From contig JAPLKZ010000007.1 of the NCBI GenBank assembly GCA_026387835.1, positions 156,218 to 188,217 of the forward strand: 32,000 nt of DNA, read 5' to 3'. The stretch's first letter is position 1; each line of letters opens with the position of its first letter. Below the pieces are notes generated by a model. It searched no databases. It saw only the letters and a list, made by a program, of their open reading frames with translations, and was not told the DNA's origin. This DNA is from Candidatus Saganbacteria bacterium (GTDB lineage Bacteria > Margulisbacteria > WOR-1 > JAKLHX01). Of this stretch, positions 26,158 to 32,000 are shown in pieces. The position numbers and the translations under genes are program-made.

Positions 26158-27219
26158 TTACAGTTTATATGCCATTGACTCGATCTCTCTGAGCAGCTCT
26201 GATACCATATCCTCTTCTCTGACCTTTTTTATCAGCTCACCTTTTTTAAAGATCATCCCCTGCCCTTTTCCTCCTGCAAGTCCGAGGTCGGCTTCTGCAG
26301 CTTCTCCCGGACCGTTCACGACGCAGCCCATTATGGCGATCTTAAGCGGAACTTCTATATGCCTTGTATTTTCTTCGATCTCTTTGACGACATGCTCCAT
26401 GTCATATTCAAGCCTGCCGCAGGTCGGGCACGAGATGATCGTTACCCCTTTGTTGAACATATTAAGCGATCTTAGTATCTCAAAACCGACCCTGACTTCT
26501 TCAACCGGGCTTCCGGTAAGAGAAACTCTTATCGTATCCCCGATGCCCTGCGACAAAAGAGAACCTATCCCGACTGCAGACCTGATGATCCCCGTTTTGG
26601 GGATGCCTGCTTCGGTTATCCCGACATGGAGAGGATAATCGACCTTCTTTGAAAGTATCTGATAAGCTTCGATCGTCTTTGGCACGTCGGAGGCTTTTAT
26701 TGAAACGACGATATCACTGAACTTCAGCTTTTCAAGTATTTTAACGTGTTTTAAAGCACTTTCCACAAGGGCCTGAGCTGTAGGGTGCCCGTGCTTTTTC
26801 AATATTTCCTTATCAAGCGAGCCGCTGTTCACGCCTATCCTTATGGGAACTTTCTTTTCTTTGGCCGAAGAGACGACGGCTTTTATCCTTTCAATATCAC
26901 CGATATTGCCGGGATTTATCCTCAGCTTGTCGATCCCCGCTTCAAGGGCCGTGAGGGCTAATTTATGATCAAAATGTATGTCTGCGACAAGAGGTATTGA
27001 AATGGAACGCTTTATTATCCCGAGAGCATTGGCGTCGGCCTCGTCTTTTACGGCGACGCGCACTATCTGGCATCCCGCCTCTTCGAGCATTTGGATCTGT
27101 TTTATGGTAGCTTCGGCATCGCTCGTGAAGGTCTTTGTCATCGACTGGACAGATACAGGGGATAAGCCTCCGATCGTCACGTTCCCGACTTTTACAGGTC
27201 TTGTCTTTTTGCGGGGCAT
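26158..27219 (-). CDS. ispG: 4-hydroxy-3-methylbut-2-enyl diphosphate synthase
   Basis: 353 aa. RVAVKDEADANAL, ADIHFDHKLAL, LRINPGNIG, FeS region SCPTCGR, VAIMGCVVNGPGEA. Confidence 0.96.
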   Translation of the reverse strand: MPRKKTRPVKVGNVTIGGLSPVSVQSMTKTFTSDAEATIKQIQMLEEAGCQIVRVAVKDEADANALGIIKRSISIPLVADIHFDHKLALTALEAGIDKLRINPGNIGDIERIKAVVSSAKEKKVPIRIGVNSGSLDKEILKKHGHPTAQALVESALKHVKILEKLKFSDIVVSIKASDVPKTIEAYQILSKKVDYPLHVGITEAGIPKTGIIRSAVGIGSLLSQGIGDTIRVSLTGSPVEEVRVGFEILRSLNMFNKGVTIISCPTCGRLEYDMEHVVKEIEENTRHIEVPLKIAIMGCVVNGPGEAAEADLGLAGGKGQGMIFKKGELIKKVREEDMVSELLREIESMAYKL

Positions 27220-27247
27220 TTCAGAAGTATTATAACACAGCCAGCGC

Positions 27248-29056
27248 TTAATCCTTAAAACTTGATCCCAGCAACCTGTGCTTTATTGCATGTCCTATGA
27301 ATTTTACGAGATTTGCCTGTCTTTTTATTCTTTTGGGTTCTTTAGTCAGGCGGTAAAGCCATTCCAGCCCGATCTTGCGGACTATTTCAGGAGCTCTTTT
27401 TGCCCTGCCTGATATTACATCAAGGCTCCCTCCGATGACCATGCTGACGGGTATCCCGAGCTCTTTATAATGTTTTGCCAGCCATTTTTCCTGCCTTGGA
27501 GCGCCGAGACCGACGAAAAGTATATCAGGTCTTAATGCTTTTATCCCGCGGATTACGTCCTTCTCCTCATTATCCCTGAAATAACCGTGAAGCGTTCCGA
27601 CCACATTGACGCCTTGAAGTTTCTTTACGGCCTTTTCAGCGACTCCCGGAGCAGATCCGAGTAAAAAGACTTTATATCCTTTTTCTTTTGAAAGTTCCAA
27701 AAGTCTTATCATGAGGTCTATTCCTGCGACCCTTTCAATAAGCGGCATATTAAGAAGTTTTGCCGCTCCGACGACGCCGATACCGTCTGGAATGCCGATA
27801 TCGGCCGAGTTGATTATTTCACGCAGCTCGGTATCTTTCTGGGCCGCCATGATTATTTCAGGATTAGTGGAGAGTACCAGGCGGGGTTTTCTGCCGCGGA
27901 TATATCCTTCGATCATTTCGGCCGCGGCTTCGAGGCCGATATTGTTGACCTTAACCCCAAAAAGATAGATCTCTTTCATAGTATCGGCGAACTCGAAGAA
28001 AGCGCTGAAATTCAATTCTGCTCTCTTTATAAGTATCTTGGCATTTTCTTTTATTAATGAGACATAATGGTCTCTATTTTCGTAGACCTCGTCAAAAGCC
28101 CTTATCATATCATCGGCGGAGAAATTGAGCCCCAGTAACGGGCAGTCGATCTCTTTCATCAGATTATCGACCTTAGGGTCATAGTCTATTCCGATCATTG
28201 GAACATGTGAAACCGAAGCAAATATCAGGCAGTGAAGCCTCATGCCTATCAGGACGTCAAGTTTTGATATCAGGCACATCAGGTCTTTTGCCTCGTGCAC
28301 CTGCGCCAGGATCCCTGGCCTGTGCTTCATAAGGGAAGCGACGTTTGCGGATTCATCGGCATCAACGGGCTGCTGGAAAGGGATGAAAATGACATTAGCA
28401 TGATGTTTTTCAACTATACGATCAAGCGCTGAAGCGAGCCTCATGTACATGTCAGGAGACCTGTGTTTGAGCGGCCTTATGCAGACCCCGACCAAAGGCT
28501 TGCGGCCAAGGTCGAGATTTTCTTTCTTTAAGAGTTCTTCGATGCTGCCTTTTTCAAGGAGGAACGCCGGGTCGGCTGCGATCAGCATCAAAGGTCTGTT
28601 CACCCGGTCTTTCTGAAGGGCAACAAAAGAACCGAAATCCCTTACCGTGATAAGGGTGACATTGTTCAGAATATTCCTGACAAGCCATTTGTTGACGGTT
28701 CTTTTCACGGGGCCGTAACCTTGCCCCATGACCGCGACCTTCTTCTTTAATAACAGACCGAGCCAGATGATCCCGAGATAATAAGGGATGGACAAAGGCC
28801 CTGTAATGTCCTGCAGCAGTCCTCCCCCTCCGCTGATAAGCGTATCGCAGGACATTATCTCTTTGACAACCTGAAAAACGGAGAACCTTCTTATAGATCT
28901 TACATTGAACTTTTTAGAGGTCGCTCTCGGGTCGGCGGACAGAACAGTGGCCCTTATTTTTGGATTGCTCTTCTTTAGACGGGTGATGATAGATTCAAGA
29001 ATTGCTTCATCGCCGGTATTCCCTGTGCCGTAATAACCGGATATGACTACCTTCAT
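27248..29056 (-). CDS. Fusion protein: CsaB-like polysaccharide pyruvyl transferase + WecG/TagA/CpsF glycosyltransferase
   Basis: 602 aa. N-terminal GYYGTGNTGDEAILESIITRL, GGGLLQD, VCIRPLKHRS, MRLHCLIFAS. C-terminal STNPEIIMAAQKD, IPDGIGVVGAAKLL, LFVGLGAPRQEKWLAKH, GGSLDVISGRAKRAPE, GLEWLYRLTKEPKRIKRQ. Confidence 0.9.
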   Translation of the reverse strand: MKVVISGYYGTGNTGDEAILESIITRLKKSNPKIRATVLSADPRATSKKFNVRSIRRFSVFQVVKEIMSCDTLISGGGGLLQDITGPLSIPYYLGIIWLGLLLKKKVAVMGQGYGPVKRTVNKWLVRNILNNVTLITVRDFGSFVALQKDRVNRPLMLIAADPAFLLEKGSIEELLKKENLDLGRKPLVGVCIRPLKHRSPDMYMRLASALDRIVEKHHANVIFIPFQQPVDADESANVASLMKHRPGILAQVHEAKDLMCLISKLDVLIGMRLHCLIFASVSHVPMIGIDYDPKVDNLMKEIDCPLLGLNFSADDMIRAFDEVYENRDHYVSLIKENAKILIKRAELNFSAFFEFADTMKEIYLFGVKVNNIGLEAAAEMIEGYIRGRKPRLVLSTNPEIIMAAQKDTELREIINSADIGIPDGIGVVGAAKLLNMPLIERVAGIDLMIRLLELSKEKGYKVFLLGSAPGVAEKAVKKLQGVNVVGTLHGYFRDNEEKDVIRGIKALRPDILFVGLGAPRQEKWLAKHYKELGIPVSMVIGGSLDVISGRAKRAPEIVRKIGLEWLYRLTKEPKRIKRQANLVKFIGHAIKHRLLGSSFKD

Positions 29057-31059
29057 ATTTTAATAAGCTTTTTTGCCGCCAGGTATAAGCAGTAATAGAT
29101 CAGTCCGAATAAGAGTCCGAGTATTAAGCCATATGCCGACCTTATAAGCGATATCAAAAGCGGCGAATGCACATGGCAGAAAGTATTGACCGTTGAGACA
29201 GGTGCGACCATGCCGATCACAAGGAAAGGCCACAGCCATTTTTTGCCGCCCGACAAAAAGTAGATGGCTCCCAGGAACAGCGCCGGATATCCTATGAGGA
29301 ACTCTTTGGTCCGCGGCCTTATCAGCATTATTTTCTCAAGGAATGTCCTCGCGAGTTTTTCGGTGTCCAATATGCCTATGCCGAAATTGCCGCTGCGCAA
29401 TATGTAGAGAGCGGCGACGCCCAAAAGCACTGCGGCTACAATGACGGCCAGTACAGTTATCGGTGAATTGAGCCACTCCGTCAGGTCATCTTTCAGGCTT
29501 TTTATCTCATCCTTTTCGATGACCGCGCAATAGAATGCGACCAACAGGACCGGCAGAATGAAAGCCAGCTTTATCCCGGTAAATTGCTGGGAGCCCACCA
29601 TGAAAATCGTGTCCGCCAAGAAGCCTACTATCAGGACAGCTCCCGCCATGCTTATGCAATAAACTGAGATCACCATGAGAACGGCTTTTGCGAACGGCGG
29701 GAAAAACTGTTTATCCATCTGCTTTATCTTAAACACGGAAGTGATGGCGAGTGTCGGAAAGACCACCGCGCAGCACAAAGCGGCCATTTTCTGAAAAAAC
29801 ACTGCCCCCCCTATCGCATTAAAAGCCAGCGGTTTTATTACCGAAACTGCCAGGACGAGCAATATAAACCACAGAGGGACCTGCCATAACACAGAAAGCA
29901 AAAGGATGATCCCCGCGCTTAGACCCAGCGTCAACAATACCATGGAAGGAGCCTTTAGACTTATCAATCCCGGCCTGTCTGCCTTTCCGATGGAATGAGA
30001 TGTTTTAAGCATCAAGGTCCGTATGGATCTCACATAATCAGTGTTCGTTGAAGTCAGGTTCTTCCCGGCATCGGGGATATAGAAAGGTCTTATGAAAAGA
30101 AGCCTTACCCCTCTTTCGTTCACGGCGCGGTCAAAACGGTCTATTGCCTCCTGTTTTATCATCTTTTTAAGCATCTCGTCCTCGGAGATGCTGTGGACCC
30201 TGATAATATCGGTCCTCAGGTATTTTAAAAGTTCGCTGTCCCCTTTTTGCTCGGCCATCTCGATATAGCCGTAATTGATACCTGATGAAATAATAGCTTT
30301 TGCGACCCCGGGGATGTTGTTCTTATAGCCGGCAACCTCTTCGCCGTCAAAAATCACCGTAGTGAAAGGCCCTTCGGAACGAAGGATCTCCAGTTTTTTT
30401 TGGACGATCTTGCCGTTAAGCCGGAAATTGTTCTTCAGGCGCGGAAGGACAAAAAAGCCGCGGTCAATTACAAATTTGAAAGCCTGCGGTGATATTCCAA
30501 GCCCCAGTTCCATCAGGTCTTCTTCATCATCGGTTATCTCAAGCTCATCAGGAACTGTCAGACTTACATTCCTTTTTCCGAGGACGATCTCAAGCTGGGA
30601 CTTTATCCGGTTTAAAACATCCATGTCTTCAGTGATAGCGTAGCTCAGCGAAGGATTTGGTTTGGCCTCTCTTTTTGGTGTCTTTAAAAGCGGATTACTT
30701 ATACTTTTTGCGTAAGATGAAAGTCTGCCTTTTATCTTATAGGTCTTGCTTATATTCCGGAGAGTGTCCTGTTCATAGCCGGTAAGCCATGAAAGCTTTC
30801 CCTGAAGTTCAAGAGTTTCAAGAGTATCTTCGGCCAGCGCTATCGATGTTATACCGGCGTCTTTAAACTGTCTTAGAACCGCATCTACAGGGAGGCCGTC
30901 GCGCAGGGAGATCTTTTTGATGTCACTGAGGTCCATAGCGAGTTCAACCGAGGTGTTCTTTGCCTCGACAACTATCCTTTTGTAGCCCTCTATAGCACCG
31001 GCGGCGACACCAATAGCAAGTATTGCGATAAGAAGATATAAAATTATTTTGTTCTTCAT
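29053..31059 (-). CDS. DUF5693 family membrane protein
   Basis: 668 aa. N-terminal TM, large extracytoplasmic region (LRDGLPVDAVLRQFKDAGITSIALAEDTLETL), multi-TM C-terminus. ATGA overlap with the downstream csaB-wecG fusion. Confidence 0.7.
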   Translation of the reverse strand: MKNKIILYLLIAILAIGVAAGAIEGYKRIVVEAKNTSVELAMDLSDIKKISLRDGLPVDAVLRQFKDAGITSIALAEDTLETLELQGKLSWLTGYEQDTLRNISKTYKIKGRLSSYAKSISNPLLKTPKREAKPNPSLSYAITEDMDVLNRIKSQLEIVLGKRNVSLTVPDELEITDDEEDLMELGLGISPQAFKFVIDRGFFVLPRLKNNFRLNGKIVQKKLEILRSEGPFTTVIFDGEEVAGYKNNIPGVAKAIISSGINYGYIEMAEQKGDSELLKYLRTDIIRVHSISEDEMLKKMIKQEAIDRFDRAVNERGVRLLFIRPFYIPDAGKNLTSTNTDYVRSIRTLMLKTSHSIGKADRPGLISLKAPSMVLLTLGLSAGIILLLSVLWQVPLWFILLVLAVSVIKPLAFNAIGGAVFFQKMAALCCAVVFPTLAITSVFKIKQMDKQFFPPFAKAVLMVISVYCISMAGAVLIVGFLADTIFMVGSQQFTGIKLAFILPVLLVAFYCAVIEKDEIKSLKDDLTEWLNSPITVLAVIVAAVLLGVAALYILRSGNFGIGILDTEKLARTFLEKIMLIRPRTKEFLIGYPALFLGAIYFLSGGKKWLWPFLVIGMVAPVSTVNTFCHVHSPLLISLIRSAYGLILGLLFGLIYYCLYLAAKKLIKI

Positions 31060-31065
31060 CGTTTA

Positions 31066-32000
31066 TCAGACCTTCGGAAGATCTTTCAAGGCCTCCCGGA
31101 CAAGCTCTTCGGGATATTCAAAATCCTCAAGCTTTCCCTCGAGATAATTGTCGTACGCTGCAAGGTCAAAATGACCGTGCCCGCTAAGGTTAAAGACGAT
31201 GCATTTGTCTTCGTTCTTTAAAGCTTCGTCGATAGCCGCTCTGATCGCGTGCGCTGTTTCGGGAGCGGGCAGGATTCCCTCGGTCTTTGCGAACAGGACC
31301 GCGGCTTCGAATACTGTTGTCTGCTTGACTGCTTTCGCTTCTATCAATTTCTTTTTTACCAGCATAGAAAGTATGGGCGCCATGCCGTGATAGCGCAGAC
31401 CTCCTGCGTGAATGCCCGGGGGCATGAAACCATGGCCGAGGGTGTACATTTTTACCATCGGGGCAAGTTTAGCGGTGTCGCCGAAATCATAGGCATACGG
31501 GCCTTTTGTCAAGGTCGGGCATGCGGACGGTTCTACCGCTATCATCTTTATATTTTTCCCTTTCATCTTTTCGGATATGAACGGGATAGCAAAGCCGCCG
31601 AAATTGCTGCCTCCGCCGACACATCCGATAAGGACATCCGGATTTTCACCGGCAATTTTTAGCTGTTCCTTTGTCTCGAGGCCGACAACGGTCTGGTGAA
31701 GAAGCACGTGGTTCAGAACGCTGCCTAGCGAGTATCTTGCGTCGTCATGGGTCGCTGCGTCCTCTACGGCTTCAGATATTGCCATTCCCAGGCTTCCGTT
31801 GCTGTCAGGGTCAGCCTTTAAAATTCCTCTTCCGGCATTTGTCAGATTAGACGGGGAAGCATGTACTTCAGCACCCCAGACCTTCATCAGGGATTTCCTG
31901 TAAGGCTTCTGGTGGTAACTGACCTTTACCATATAGACCGTGCATTTCATTCCGAACACGTTGCATCCGAAAGCGATGGACGATCCCCACTGCCCTGCCC
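31066..32000 (-). CDS. trpB: TrpB2-type (tryptophan synthase beta-like) PLP enzyme, 5' end beyond window
   Basis: Frame continues past 31959 to the window edge: [85 protein letters not shown]. Confidence 0.85.
   Translation of the reverse strand, partial: AGQWGSSIAFGCNVFGMKCTVYMVKVSYHQKPYRKSLMKVWGAEVHASPSNLTNAGRGILKADPDSNGSLGMAISEAVEDAATHDDARYSLGSVLNHVLLHQTVVGLETKEQLKIAGENPDVLIGCVGGGSNFGGFAIPFISEKMKGKNIKMIAVEPSACPTLTKGPYAYDFGDTAKLAPMVKMYTLGHGFMPPGIHAGGLRYHGMAPILSMLVKKKLIEAKAVKQTTVFEAAVLFAKTEGILPAPETAHAIRAAIDEALKNEDKCIVFNLSGHGHFDLAAYDNYLEGKLEDFEYPEELVREALKDLPKV

Noticed and set aside
1-32000. Defence, toxin-antitoxin, phage or transposon systems; tRNA and rRNA genes
   Set aside because: No recognisable nuclease, integrase, transposase, toxin motifs, cloverleaf or rRNA sequence was seen on either strand by eye. 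A tRNAscan/DefenseFinder run would be the decisive check.

Overview
This window is mostly ordinary housekeeping DNA from a probable Gram-negative (diderm) bacterium. I cannot place it taxonomically from sequence alone. Plus strand: (1) the C-terminal end of an outer-membrane-type beta-barrel protein followed by a strong terminator; (2) a cell-wall cluster mraY-murD-ftsW-murG-murC-murB; (3) split transketolase, dCMP deaminase, prephenate dehydratase, a YtxH/DUF948/YtxH trio and a stand-alone RACo-type ASKHA (DUF4445) protein; (4) an argS-ilvE-acpS-nnr-mlaE-mlaF-mlaD run; (5) an AT-richer accessory patch (about 20.0-22.5 kb) with a glycosyltransferase/TPR gene interrupted by one in-frame TAG, a candidate structured RNA leader, and a 65-aa EF-hand-like microprotein. 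Minus strand: purB-purS-purQ, and trpB-like / DUF5693 / CsaB-WecG fusion / ispG. A divergent HAD-like gene (25.0-26.2 kb) lies between them. I see no CRISPR array, rRNA, tRNA, transposase or recognisable defence system. The observations most worth following up are: the structured region before the EF-hand microprotein (22.0-22.2 kb); the nonsense-interrupted tandem glycosyltransferase; a nested palindromic repeat inserted in frame in the ASKHA gene; two extended -10 promoters placed 7-8 nt before ATG (probable leaderless starts at mraY and argS); the MlaD with a beta-rich C-terminal extension; and the CsaB-WecG fusion.
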